A stretch of 58,050 nucleotides of DNA from an uncultured Sorangium sp. (GTDB lineage: Bacteria; Myxococcota_A; Polyangia; Polyangiales; Polyangiaceae), in the NCBI GenBank assembly GCA_964475255.1, contig CAYYWA010000003.1, positions 1 to 58,050 on the forward strand, given 5' to 3'. This document shows positions 8,963 through 17,777 of this stretch, one piece after another. The position numbers were made by a program, and so were the translations under genes. Positions within the stretch are counted from its first letter, which is position 1. Each line of letters begins with the position of its first letter. The notes below the pieces were generated by a model. That model did not search any database. It saw only the letters and a program-made list of their open reading frames with translations, and was not told the origin of the DNA.

Positions 8963-9300
8963 CGCCTGTCGTCGCTTCCCTTGCGCGCCACGAACATATG
9001 CCGCGCGTTGTGCTCGTCCTCCCTCATGCCACAGAGCGCGCACGTCGCGAACGGCTGATGAGTGACGCCCTCGGCCTCGATGATGGCTGCGCCGTCCGGG
9101 GCCGTCTCGCGCTCGTGCATCTCCACAGTGCTGTCGAGCTCCCACAAGCGATTGCACGTCGGGCAGCGGATGAATCGCGCCACTCTGGCGTCGACGCGGA
9201 GCACCGCATCGCAGGCGCAATAGATATCGGCGCGCAGATCCGATCGGAGCCCGCTCTCGTTCCACATGATGGATGCGTAAGCATGTCGTGTCGCCATCAT
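8959..9300 (-). CDS. Zinc-ribbon protein
   Basis: CAC, CPTC and CALC motifs. Confidence 0.6.
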   Translation of the reverse strand: MMATRHAYASIMWNESGLRSDLRADIYCACDAVLRVDARVARFIRCPTCNRLWELDSTVEMHERETAPDGAAIIEAEGVTHQPFATCALCGMREDEHNARHMFVARKGSDDRR

Positions 9301-9821
9301 TCCCCCTCGCTCACCCGAACCTCGCGCGTCGTCCATCGCGCGCCGCAGCGGTCACACCCATAACGGCGTCGGCGCCATCCGTGCTGATGGCTCGTGCGCG
9401 AGTCGCGCGTCGTGACGTGGCTCGCGTACTCTGGCCCACACGCCGCGCAGACATCCGGGACGGCCGGAACCTCGCGCGGCGCCGGGTCGTTGTCTCGGAA
9501 TACGTGGAGCCTGCCGTCTGCGTGAAGCATCGCGACAGGCGCCCATCCCAACAGGTCCGCGAGGTGCCGCACGTCATTCTCGGTCATCGCTTTTTCGCCT
9601 CCCTTGGCGTCCCACAGCAGGAGTGGGATGTTCTTCGGCGCGCTGCTGATCGGCTGCCACGTCGGCCGCGTCTCCTGCGCGAGCAGCGCACGGGCGAGGG
9701 CATGGATTGCCTGTGCCGCCGTGATGAAGCGGCCACAGTCGTCAATCTTCACGTCGCCATCGCGGTCCACGACGCAGTCCTTCAGCCGCTCTGCCAGCGC
9801 CCGCACGTCGTCACTCGCCAT
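9297..9821 (-). CDS. Hypothetical protein with C-terminal NrdR-like zinc ribbon (possibly two genes, internal start MTEND)
   Basis: WQPISSAPK; CAACG...TRDSR...RRRRYGCDRCGARWTTRE. Confidence 0.6.
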   Translation of the reverse strand: MASDDVRALAERLKDCVVDRDGDVKIDDCGRFITAAQAIHALARALLAQETRPTWQPISSAPKNIPLLLWDAKGGEKAMTENDVRHLADLLGWAPVAMLHADGRLHVFRDNDPAPREVPAVPDVCAACGPEYASHVTTRDSRTSHQHGWRRRRYGCDRCGARWTTREVRVSEGE

Positions 9822-10077
9822 GCTGGGCCTCCTGCTCGGGCGCGAGGGCGGCGCGGAGCTTATCCATCGCCTCACGCTGCTCGCGCCAGCGATAGCGCGT
9901 GTCGGGTAGATCGAACATGACAACAACGCCGTCCGCGTACATCACCACGCGATCCAATCGCCGCTGCAGCTCATCCCGCTCCCGCGCCAGCCGCGCGACG
10001 TCGGCGCGGAAGCGGGTGAGTTCGGCGTTCTTGTCATCTATCGCCCGCTTGTGCTCCTCCTGCTCGGTCGGAGACAT
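9811..10077 (-). CDS. Coiled-coil hypothetical protein
   Basis: MSPTEQEE; shares the RADVARL..ERDE segment with 10591..10944. Confidence 0.6.
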   Translation of the reverse strand: MSPTEQEEHKRAIDDKNAELTRFRADVARLARERDELQRRLDRVVMYADGVVVMFDLPDTRYRWREQREAMDKLRAALAPEQEAQHGE

Positions 10078-10598
10078 CACACTGTCTCCAAGAGAGGAAA
10101 GAGAGGATGACGGCTCCGGGCTGGCAAGGCGGGGTGTGCGAGCACTTGCTCTCGGGTGAGGACCAGAGCATGCAGCCCGCCCTTGGTCATGCCAGCTGGC
10201 CGCCATCCCGCTTTTCGATAGCACCGGCCCGGGTCGCGTTTTCGCCGAGTCTTCTTCGCATCCACGAATGTGACAAAGCCCTCCGCTGGCACGTCCGGCC
10301 AATGGGCCACGGTGGCGCTGACCGCCAGTTGGATCAGGGCACTCGACAGGTGCTCGCTCTCATTACGGAACATCGAGCACACGAAGGCGCCGGCCCACGC
10401 ATGCTTGACGTATTGCTCGTAGGGCCATGACGTGACCCACAGGGCGTCGGCGCCAGCTGTGAGCAGGACGAGACACCGGCCGGGCGGCACGAACTGCGGA
10501 GAGCCAATCTTCTGCCTGTTGTAGTGCCGGTCGGCCAATGGTAGGGCGCGCGGATCAGCACGGTAACTCTTGTGCCATAGCTGGCTGCGCTCAGCCAT
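10077..10598 (-). CDS. Second, divergent Mom-like GNAT protein
   Basis: ADRHY.R, PGRCLVL, CSMFRNE...LSS.LI..A, TFVD..K.....PG.CY.KAGW. Confidence 0.65.
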   Translation of the reverse strand: MAERSQLWHKSYRADPRALPLADRHYNRQKIGSPQFVPPGRCLVLLTAGADALWVTSWPYEQYVKHAWAGAFVCSMFRNESEHLSSALIQLAVSATVAHWPDVPAEGFVTFVDAKKTRRKRDPGRCYRKAGWRPAGMTKGGLHALVLTREQVLAHPALPARSRHPLFPLLETV

Positions 10599-10944
10599 CC
10601 TGTCCCTCCGCGAGCGCGGCGTCGATGCGTGCCAGTTCCTTGTCGGCGCAGTCCTGCGTCGGGAACTGTGTGCCTGCCGTGGCCGGGCCGTCCTCAAGCT
10701 CATACCGGGCGTACTCGATGAACCGGCGCGCACGCTCCAGCGCCCGTCGATAGCGTTCGTTCTGCCCCATCGCCGTAGCCAGTTCGCGGCTGCGTTCTTC
10801 GAGCCTGACACGCAGGTCGCCGTAACCTCGCCGCGCCTCGTCCCGCTCCTGCGTCAGCCGTGCGACGTCGGCGCGAAGGCGGGTGATCTCGGCTTCGTTC
10901 TCGGCCAGTTCCTCCCTGATACTCATACGCATGCTGTCACTCAT
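10591..10944 (-). CDS. Coiled-coil hypothetical protein
   Basis: MSDSMRMS; ends IDAALAEGQ. Confidence 0.6.
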   Translation of the reverse strand: MSDSMRMSIREELAENEAEITRLRADVARLTQERDEARRGYGDLRVRLEERSRELATAMGQNERYRRALERARRFIEYARYELEDGPATAGTQFPTQDCADKELARIDAALAEGQDG

Positions 10945-10974
10945 TCCTGTCCCTCCGCGAGCGCGGCGTCGATG
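10598..10974. repeat. 30-bp direct repeat at gene ends (10598-10627 and 10945-10974)
   Basis: TCCTGTCCCTCCGCGAGCGCGGCGTCGATG occurs twice. Confidence 0.9.
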
Positions 10975-11498
10975 AGCGACTGCACGGCGATGCTGCAACC
11001 GGGCTTGCTCCTCAACTTCTCCAGCGCCGCCCGCAGCCGCGCCTCTCGCTGCTCGGCCTGCTCGGCGCGCTGGCGCTCGGCGTGAGCTTCCTGCCGCCAG
11101 TGCTGCCATGCCTCGTCGAGCGTGAGATCGAATGTGCAAGCGGCCATGCCCTCGGGGCCGACGCATTCAGGTAAGGGCTCGTGCCGTGGATGGTCAGCGG
11201 GAGCCATGCGTCCGCAATTGACGCACATGCGCCGTCCGTCGATTTCGGCCTGCAGGCGCTCGGCGCGATGGCGCTCGGCGGCGAGCATGTCGAACAGCAC
11301 GTCTGACAGTTCAGGGCGCCACCTTTCGGCCCCACCGCACACCTCACACCAGTCGGGATCGTGCCCATCCTCGCCAAACCCGTGGTGATAGCCCTTCCCC
11401 TTGCAGCGGTCGCAGATGATATCGGGCCGCTTGGCTAACTCCGCGTCCGCTTCCTTGCGCAGCGCGTCGAGGTCGGGCGGGCTCGCGGGGGCGGTCAT
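10941..11498 (-). CDS. DnaJ-type zinc-finger hypothetical protein
   Basis: CDRCKGKG...CEVCGG and CVNCG. Confidence 0.6.
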   Translation of the reverse strand: MTAPASPPDLDALRKEADAELAKRPDIICDRCKGKGYHHGFGEDGHDPDWCEVCGGAERWRPELSDVLFDMLAAERHRAERLQAEIDGRRMCVNCGRMAPADHPRHEPLPECVGPEGMAACTFDLTLDEAWQHWRQEAHAERQRAEQAEQREARLRAALEKLRSKPGCSIAVQSLIDAALAEGQE

Positions 11499-11665
11499 CG
11501 GGTCACTCCGAAGAAGCGCAGGACGGCGCGCTTCCATGCCGGTAAGCCCGCAATCCGGGCGCACCGACCGCAGCGCGTCGGGCCACCGCCCACCAGCGCA
11601 TCGCAGTCCACGCACCGCCGCACGGTTCCGAGTCCTTCCACGAAGGAATGTCCATCCCAGCTCAC
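11495..11665 (-). CDS. Small zinc-finger protein
   Basis: GTG start; CVDC...CGRC. Confidence 0.55.
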   Translation of the reverse strand: MSWDGHSFVEGLGTVRRCVDCDALVGGGPTRCGRCARIAGLPAWKRAVLRFFGVTR

Positions 11666-11988
11666 TCTCCACCTCCCCCGACGTGAGCCACCGGCTTGTC
11701 CATCTTCGCCGGTAGCGTCCACGCACGGCCCTCGTCGATGGCCTGCACGAGCGCGAGGGCGACCGCCGCGACCTGCACGGCCTCCTTGCGGAGATTCGGT
11801 GCCGCAGGGCCACCGAACTGCGCGTGCAGCACGCACTCGGACATCTCGCCGACCTCCTCCATCAGGATCGCCAGCCACACCGGGAGCGGGTGATCCTGCG
11901 GCCCAAACTTCGCGTCTTGGCGCTCTCGTTCGGCGATGGCGGCGTTGACCGCGTACTGCATACCATCCGGCACGATGCACGTTGCCAT
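11662..11988 (-). CDS. MazG-like nucleotide pyrophosphohydrolase
   Basis: ERERQDAKFG.Q, WLAILMEEVGE, LRKEAVQVAAVA. Confidence 0.75.
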   Translation of the reverse strand: MATCIVPDGMQYAVNAAIAERERQDAKFGPQDHPLPVWLAILMEEVGEMSECVLHAQFGGPAAPNLRKEAVQVAAVALALVQAIDEGRAWTLPAKMDKPVAHVGGGGE

Positions 11989-12479
11989 CACTCACCTCCC
12001 CCGACGTGCGCCACGAGGGCGCGGAGCTTGGCCGTCTTAGCGTGCGACTCGCCCAACACGCGCTCGCTCTCGTCAATACCAGCCTGAGACGGGCACGCCG
12101 GATCGCGGTCTGGATCGGCGCTGCGCTCTCGTAGCCCACGGGCCGTGCGTGTCCAGTCGCGTATGTCCTGCTGAAGCCATTCGATGACACGCTCAGCTTC
12201 CAGCCCCGCCGCACGCCACGCGCGCAGCTCGCCGAGAATCTGCATCACCGTTGCCGGGTCGACCACGGCGATGTAGCGCGCGTCAGCTTCTTTGGGGCAC
12301 GTCGCCAGAGGCGGATCGTCCTCGTCGCGCTCGTAGACGTGCCAGAAACCCGGCGTGTCGCCCTTGTGCGCGATGTGATCGTCGTGGCACCACGGCGCAC
12401 AGCTCGCGCGCGTCGCGCGGCTCTGTATTCGTGTCAGCGCCTCCTCGCTCATCGGCTCGAAGTCGAACTCACCGGCCAT
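11988..12479 (-). CDS. Ead/Ea22-like protein
   Basis: A...PW...DARYIA..DPATV..IL.EL. Confidence 0.6.
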   Translation of the reverse strand: MAGEFDFEPMSEEALTRIQSRATRASCAPWCHDDHIAHKGDTPGFWHVYERDEDDPPLATCPKEADARYIAVVDPATVMQILGELRAWRAAGLEAERVIEWLQQDIRDWTRTARGLRERSADPDRDPACPSQAGIDESERVLGESHAKTAKLRALVAHVGGGE

Positions 12480-12750
12480 CGGAGGTCTCCGTGGCATCCA
12501 CACCGAGGTCATGAAGCATGGCGACGATCTCAGCTTCTTCCTCGGCGAGCAGCTTCAGCACGCGCGGCTTCTGCACGGGCGCGGCGGCCTGATGCGTGTC
12601 ACCGACTGAGCCATACGTGCGCCGGAGGCCATGCACCCTCAAGTCACACCGCTTCGCGCTGTCCTCGCGGATCTCCTTGGCGGCCTCTCGAACCCGTCGC
12701 AGGTCATCCGCGAGCGCGTGCGCGTTACGGAGTCCATGTAGCGTCAGCAT
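12469..12750 (-). CDS. Hypothetical protein
   Basis: MLTLHGLRN with GGAGG RBS. Confidence 0.6.
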   Translation of the reverse strand: MLTLHGLRNAHALADDLRRVREAAKEIREDSAKRCDLRVHGLRRTYGSVGDTHQAAAPVQKPRVLKLLAEEEAEIVAMLHDLGVDATETSDGR

Positions 12751-12953
12751 CACCCCTCCCTGCCTTTCGCGCACCACGCGCGCGCGTGCCCCTGTGCCTT
12801 CGTCATGCGACGCTCCACGCGCCTCGTGCGTGTGTTACGCAGGCGCTTCCGGTCCCACCGCAGGAGATGCACCTCCCAACCTTCGCCGGTGACGGTGCGG
12901 CAGATGATGGCCGTTCGGTCGCCGTTCTCGTACCGTATGCTGACAACGCTCAC
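12750..12953 (-). CDS. Hypothetical protein
   Basis: GTG start, coupled to neighbours. Confidence 0.55.
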   Translation of the reverse strand: MSVVSIRYENGDRTAIICRTVTGEGWEVHLLRWDRKRLRNTRTRRVERRMTKAQGHARAWCAKGREG

Positions 12954-13110
12954 TCTCCACCCTCCCTGTCTCTCACCCACGCCTCGGCCGCGTGCTGCCC
13001 TTCCCGGCGCGTCAGCGCGCCAGCGTGTAACCAGCCACGATCAGCGCGACGATTGCCGCTTCGATGATGATGGCCGACAGGCACCCGGTAATCGCGTTGC
13101 CGTCGCTCAT
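12950..13110 (-). pseudogene. Small membrane protein truncated by a 1-nt deletion inside a palindrome copy
   Basis: MSDGNAITGCLSAIII...LAR* stops at 13012; restoring the 15-mer palindrome extends it to ...DREGGE* overlapping the next GTG. Confidence 0.5.
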
Positions 13111-13415
13111 GACGAGATATCCCGGAGGCGCAACGCAGAGAGCGCGTTGATCGCCGCCGCGCGCCGGATCTCGGCAGCTTCCCGGGTCCGAGCCGAGCGC
13201 GCCTTCGTCAGCGCACGATCGGCGTTGATGAGTTCATCGATCGCCCATCGCGCCTCTCGCAGTGCGATCGCGAGATGCTGTGCGAGTTCGGCCGTGACTG
13301 TGACGACGACGCCGTCGTCATTCGTTAGATACGGCTGCTCGTGGGGCCAGTCCTCGGGTGTGCTGTTGGCGACCGTCGTCAGCAGCGCATCGGTGATCTT
13401 GGGCATCGTCGTCAC
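13107..13415 (-). CDS. Hypothetical protein
   Basis: 102-aa ORF with GAGG RBS. Confidence 0.6.
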   Translation of the reverse strand: MTTMPKITDALLTTVANSTPEDWPHEQPYLTNDDGVVVTVTAELAQHLAIALREARWAIDELINADRALTKARSARTREAAEIRRAAAINALSALRLRDISS

Positions 13416-13539
13416 CTCGTCGGCACCAGAAACAGACCCACGGACGCCCGCTGTAAAACATCGGCTTGTCTGCCGCCCGCTGCGGCAGGTTGCTCACGTA
13501 TCGCCCGCCACAGCGCGGGCACGTCACGTCGTAGGCCAT
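13318..13539 (-). CDS. Small zinc-ribbon protein
   Basis: CPRCG...CFWC. Confidence 0.45.
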   Translation of the reverse strand: MAYDVTCPRCGGRYVSNLPQRAADKPMFYSGRPWVCFWCRRGDDDAQDHRCAADDGRQQHTRGLAPRAAVSNE

Positions 13540-13571
13540 CCCGTCGTGACAGGATGCTATCACCAGCGGCC

Positions 13572-13985
13572 TTAGCGCGTCAACGGCGGAAACCCGGCGC
13601 GTATCCACTTCAGGAGCGAGGCGAGGGGCCACAGGTTGGCGACGTCGCAGCCATCGCCAAGCGACCGCCGCGAGATCCAGCCCTCGATACGCGCGAGGCG
13701 CGGCTCATCCTCAGTGAGCGCGACGACGACGAACACACCAGCGCCCGCCACGGGCGGCAGGACGCGCGATCCGATGATGCCGAGGGCTGCGGCATGGGAC
13801 AGGAGTGCGGAGGCGTCATACGGGCGGCTATCGAATCGCTGAATGCGGCCGAGCGTGCGCTCGACGTGGACGGCCGCGAGGCGATCGCGGATCACGTCGT
13901 CGGAGAGATGATCGGCGCCCTTCGGGCGATCGTGTTTCGCGGCCTTGATGTCGTCGCTGTGGATGACGGAGTCGAGCGCGTGCAT
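13572..13985 (-). CDS. Hypothetical protein
   Basis: 137-aa ORF directly after TerL. Confidence 0.6.
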   Translation of the reverse strand: MHALDSVIHSDDIKAAKHDRPKGADHLSDDVIRDRLAAVHVERTLGRIQRFDSRPYDASALLSHAAALGIIGSRVLPPVAGAGVFVVVALTEDEPRLARIEGWISRRSLGDGCDVANLWPLASLLKWIRAGFPPLTR

Positions 13986-13988
13986 GGA

Positions 13989-15500
13989 TTATCCCCGAGC
14001 GACGAGCGGGACGACGACGAGCCCCTGCTGTATCGCGAGCGTGAGTTGATTGTAGGCCAGCGAGGCCGCGTCGGCTTGGTCGTCGCGAGACGAGCGCGGC
14101 AGCTTTTCGAGTTCATCGACGAACTCGCGTTGCCAGCCTCCCGGCGCGAGCAGCACGTTGCCATTGTTGACGGCCACAGAGAACGGCTGCCACCGCAGGA
14201 TCTTCTCGCCTGTCGAGCGGACGCCGAGATAGAGGTAGCCGGGCATCGCGCGTTGACGCGCCTGCACAATCGCGAGGCCGCTGCTGCCCGGCTCCTGCTC
14301 CTCTCGGATGTAGGTGTTGCGACCGTCGGCCTCCGCCGTCTGTCGGATGAGCGCGTCCACGTCGGCCGAGTGCCACTGCATCCGATGGACGTGCTCGATC
14401 ATGATGCGCCCGTCGTCGAGGCGCGAGAGCAGCACGCCTGCGGTCCAGTCGCCAGCGCCCGGCGTCCCGGCCGCGTCCCATGCGCGACAACGCGCGACGA
14501 CGCGCGGCCTGAGACGCGCGTATTCGTCAAGCGACAGGCGCACGAGCTTATTGACCTGAAACAGCGTCCCGCCCTTCGCGTGCGGCTCCTGCTGATACTG
14601 CCCGGAGAAGCCGTTCTCGCCAAGCGCGAGGCGTTGCCCTTCGAGGTATTCGCGATTGAATCGTTCCGGCCACAGCACGTTGCCGCGCTTGCGGATGTAC
14701 GTTTTCGCGCGCGTCGAATACGTCACCGCATCTTGACCCTCGGGCGGGTTGCAGATCGCCTCGATCTTGAGGAGGTCATAGCCGAGTTCGCGCGTGGCGA
14801 TGCCTGCGGGATCGTCCTCATGGAGACGCTGCATGACGAGCACGATCGCGGAGTCCTCGTCGGTGTCCAAGCGGTTGATGAACGTGTTGCGGAACCAGTG
14901 GACGGCGCCCTCCCGCTCCGGGTCCGATGCCGCGCGTGTCGGGTCGAGCGGGTCGTCACACACGAGGCGCGTGCCGCCCATGCCCGTAATCGTGCCGCGC
15001 ACGGACGTCGCGAACATCTGCCCGCGCGACTCGTTCATGAACTCGGTTTTGAGGTTCGATAGCAGGCGCACGCGGTCGCCCCAATGCTTCTGATACCACT
15101 CGCTTTCAATGATGGCGCGACGATCGAGGCTGTGCCGCGTGGCGAGGCGGTCGCTGTAGGACGCGAAGAACCAGCGGCGATGCGGCTGCGTAATCCACTC
15201 CCAACACGGCCACATGACCGACACGAGGATCGACTTCATGTGTCGCGGCGGGATGTTGATCACGAGCCGCGCCCGCTGCCCGTGCGAGATGGCCTCTAGC
15301 TGCTCACAGATAACGTGGACATGCCAGTTGTCGCGAAAGGGCGTACCCGGCTCGATGATGGGCCACGCGCGCCGCACAAAGGCATAGAGCGACGTCTCAC
15401 ACAGCGCCGCGAGGCGCCGCTCGATGCGCTCCTCGTCGTCAGGCGTGAACGCGACGCGCGCCGCAGGGCTGACGCTGCCGCGAGGGGCGCGGTAGGCCAT
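13989..15500 (-). CDS. terL: Terminase large subunit
   Basis: INIPPRHMKS, VCDDP, VMQRLHEDDPAG, YQQEP, RAWDAAGT, DDQADA. Confidence 0.95.
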   Translation of the reverse strand: MAYRAPRGSVSPAARVAFTPDDEERIERRLAALCETSLYAFVRRAWPIIEPGTPFRDNWHVHVICEQLEAISHGQRARLVINIPPRHMKSILVSVMWPCWEWITQPHRRWFFASYSDRLATRHSLDRRAIIESEWYQKHWGDRVRLLSNLKTEFMNESRGQMFATSVRGTITGMGGTRLVCDDPLDPTRAASDPEREGAVHWFRNTFINRLDTDEDSAIVLVMQRLHEDDPAGIATRELGYDLLKIEAICNPPEGQDAVTYSTRAKTYIRKRGNVLWPERFNREYLEGQRLALGENGFSGQYQQEPHAKGGTLFQVNKLVRLSLDEYARLRPRVVARCRAWDAAGTPGAGDWTAGVLLSRLDDGRIMIEHVHRMQWHSADVDALIRQTAEADGRNTYIREEQEPGSSGLAIVQARQRAMPGYLYLGVRSTGEKILRWQPFSVAVNNGNVLLAPGGWQREFVDELEKLPRSSRDDQADAASLAYNQLTLAIQQGLVVVPLVARG

Positions 15501-16000
15501 CAGTCGAGCGTGACGATCTCGGGCTGTGCGGGCGGCAGGGACATCCGCTCGGCGTCCCGGATCTGTTTGATGGCGCCTTCCATGCGGGTGATGATCGCGT
15601 GCTCCTCGGCGGGCTGCATCGCGACAGGGCCGATCCCATCAGCAGCGTCTCTCTCTGTCGCCGAGCGCGCGTACTTGTGCGGCCAGCGCCGTTCCAGATA
15701 CCACGCGAACGCGGTCCACTGGCGCGTCTGCTGCCCGATGGCGAGGATCTGGCGCACGCAAGCATTCTCGACGACGGCCATTGACTGCCGCACCTTGCGC
15801 TCGAACGAGGCGTAGCGGGTGCGGCGACCGCACTCGATGTCCTCTCGCCCGCGAGCGCGCCATCGCTGTAGCGTGCTGGAACTGATCCCGGCCTCAGCGA
15901 TCGCCGTGGACAGCAGCGCGCCGTTGCCGAGGCTTGTCGCGATCTGCTGCTCAATCTCCGGGGTCGGTCCCCCGCGCTCCGGCTGTCGTCGTCGTGCCAT
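15500..16000 (-). CDS. terS: Terminase small subunit (HTH)
   Basis: AGISSSTLQRW, WTAFAWYLERRWP; immediately upstream of TerL. Confidence 0.75.
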   Translation of the reverse strand: MARRRQPERGGPTPEIEQQIATSLGNGALLSTAIAEAGISSSTLQRWRARGREDIECGRRTRYASFERKVRQSMAVVENACVRQILAIGQQTRQWTAFAWYLERRWPHKYARSATERDAADGIGPVAMQPAEEHAIITRMEGAIKQIRDAERMSLPPAQPEIVTLD

Positions 16001-16004
16001 GCGT

Positions 16005-16223
16005 TCACCCCTTCAGCTCGCCCGCGAGCGCCTGATCGATGGCCTGCTGCGCGTCTCGCTTGCGCTGGAAGAAATAGCGCGTCGTGCGGATCGTGCCGTA
16101 GTCGTAGTGTGACGCCTCGATCGGGAAGGCGATCGGCTTGGCGCCCGTCTCGGTGTCCATGACGGCCCACGGATACGCGCCTGTCGCGCTGTGACGATAC
16201 GGCACGTATCGAAGATCAGGCAT
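16005..16223 (-). CDS. Hypothetical protein
   Basis: 72-aa ORF coupled to neighbours. Confidence 0.55.
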   Translation of the reverse strand: MPDLRYVPYRHSATGAYPWAVMDTETGAKPIAFPIEASHYDYGTIRTTRYFFQRKRDAQQAIDQALAGELKG

Positions 16224-17001
16224 CCTCGGGGTCCATTCGGGCGACCTCGCCGCTCATCTCGGACGCCGCGAGGTGCATCGCTCCATCCGAGTCCACGATC
16301 ACATACTCAGGCGGGTGGTTTGTCGTGTTGATGATGCCGATGATGTGTGCCTCGCTGAGCCGGAAATGTTCGGTGCCAACGAGCCGGTGGTGCCGCGCGG
16401 CCGGGAGATGATCGTGCTGGCGGCGGAAGCGGATCAACCAATTCGCGCGGTTCCGCGTGTGCCGGTAGAAGTCCACCGCGATCACCGGGTCATCGGCTAC
16501 AGCAGGCATCCCGGGTGCCGTCTCTGTCGTCGCGTTCGCCGTGGAGAGCCGAGGGCTCGGCGCTGGCAGCCCGCGCGCCTCGCGGACGTGTTCGCGGAGC
16601 ATCCGCGTCGTCCATCCCTCTGTGGCGGCACGTTCGAGCAAGCGGTCCTGATCGTCGGCGTCGAGCGCCGCCACCTCGCGATGGTGGCCGAACGACAGAT
16701 CCATGCGGCGACGCTCGGGCGGGAACTTGCGGCAGACGTTCATTGCCGTCTGCATCGCGTCCTCGGACTTCTGCGTCGTTTCGAGTGCCTGCGTCCACAT
16801 CTCCGACCAGTCCGCGCGTGACTCGCCGTACAGGAGCCAATCGCCGAGCGCCCACTGTGCGGCGTTGCCGATCCGCAAGATGTTGACGCCGTACTCCTGC
16901 CACTCCTCATACGTCGGCGGGCGATTGATGACGAGCGCCGTCGGGTGCATGGCGAACGTCGGCGCCGCCTGTGCTGCTGTCGCTGGTACGAATCTCGGCA
17001 T
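16216..17001 (-). CDS. LmbU-like DNA-binding regulator
   Basis: WALGDWLLYGE, VCRKFP..RRR.DLSFGHHREVAAL...QD.LL..A...GWT...LR. Confidence 0.75.
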   Translation of the reverse strand: MPRFVPATAAQAAPTFAMHPTALVINRPPTYEEWQEYGVNILRIGNAAQWALGDWLLYGESRADWSEMWTQALETTQKSEDAMQTAMNVCRKFPPERRRMDLSFGHHREVAALDADDQDRLLERAATEGWTTRMLREHVREARGLPAPSPRLSTANATTETAPGMPAVADDPVIAVDFYRHTRNRANWLIRFRRQHDHLPAARHHRLVGTEHFRLSEAHIIGIINTTNHPPEYVIVDSDGAMHLAASEMSGEVARMDPEDA

Positions 17002-17043
17002 GTCGTGATCCTCGTCTGTCCCTTGATACGACGGGGATCACGC

Positions 17044-17106
17044 GCGCGTCTGACGCGCGGTCCCCGTTGTCGTGATTGTAGCATCAGCCCGGCGCGTCAA
17101 CGCGCC
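17044..17106 (-). promoter_or_regulatory. Extended -10 promoter bracketed by two palindromic operators
   Basis: TGC-TACAAT at 17083-17075; palindromes at 17092-17105 and 17044-17058. Confidence 0.65.
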
Positions 17107-17777
17107 GAGCGGGTGCCCTGTATAGCCCGGATCGCCTGCCACGTTTCGAGGCGCGGCGCGATGCTGACGGCGCCGGGGCGCGTCCAGTCCCAGATCGCCC
17201 ACATGACGGTGACAGAGTCCGTTTTGCCGTCCGTGGTGAACGACATGCGCGGCATGTAGCGGATCGCCGAGGGCGGGCATTCCGTGAGGAACTGCTCGCG
17301 CGTGCGTGTGGGTTCGAGGAACGAGATCCGCAGCAGCATAGCGACGCGCGAATAGCGCAGCGCCGCCCGGATGATCTCAGCCGCTAGCGAGAATGGCGGA
17401 TTCGTTATCGTCCAGTCGATGCGCCCGCGCTCCAGCGCGACGCGCGCGTAGGTGTTCGGGTCTGTCGCGTCGAGGTTGTAGTGCGGGATCTCGACGGGCT
17501 GCCCAGCCTGTGACTGCTGGAGGGCTTCGTAGATCGACGGCGGGGCGATATCGCTCGTCGTGACGTCATGCACGTAGAGGCATTCGCGGAGCGGTCGCGA
17601 CAGCGAGCCATCGCCGACACAGGGCTCGAAGATGTGCCCGCTGATCGGCGCCGCCTGCAGCAGTTGCGCGATGAGAAAGTCGCCGTTCGGCGACATATAG
17701 GCGTCGCGTGCTCGGCGTGGTGTGCGCCGCTGTCCCTTGCGGCGCGTTGGAATCGTCGTCGTCTCGTCAGTCACCAT
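17097..17777 (-). CDS. DNA N6-adenine (or N4-cytosine) methyltransferase
   Basis: FEPCVGDG motif I, ITNPPF motif IV, LLRISFLE..R..SFT.DGKTD. Confidence 0.85.
   Translation of the reverse strand: MVTDETTTIPTRRKGQRRTPRRARDAYMSPNGDFLIAQLLQAAPISGHIFEPCVGDGSLSRPLRECLYVHDVTTSDIAPPSIYEALQQSQAGQPVEIPHYNLDATDPNTYARVALERGRIDWTITNPPFSLAAEIIRAALRYSRVAMLLRISFLEPTRTREQFLTECPPSAIRYMPRMSFTTDGKTDSVTVMWAIWDWTRPGAVSIAPRLETWQAIRAIQGTRSAR

Noticed and set aside
13341-15062. Long plus-strand ORFs (also 28377..29969, 37061..38491, 54617..55957)
   Set aside because: Antisense shadows of real minus-strand genes in high-GC DNA; Arg/His/Val-rich with no motifs
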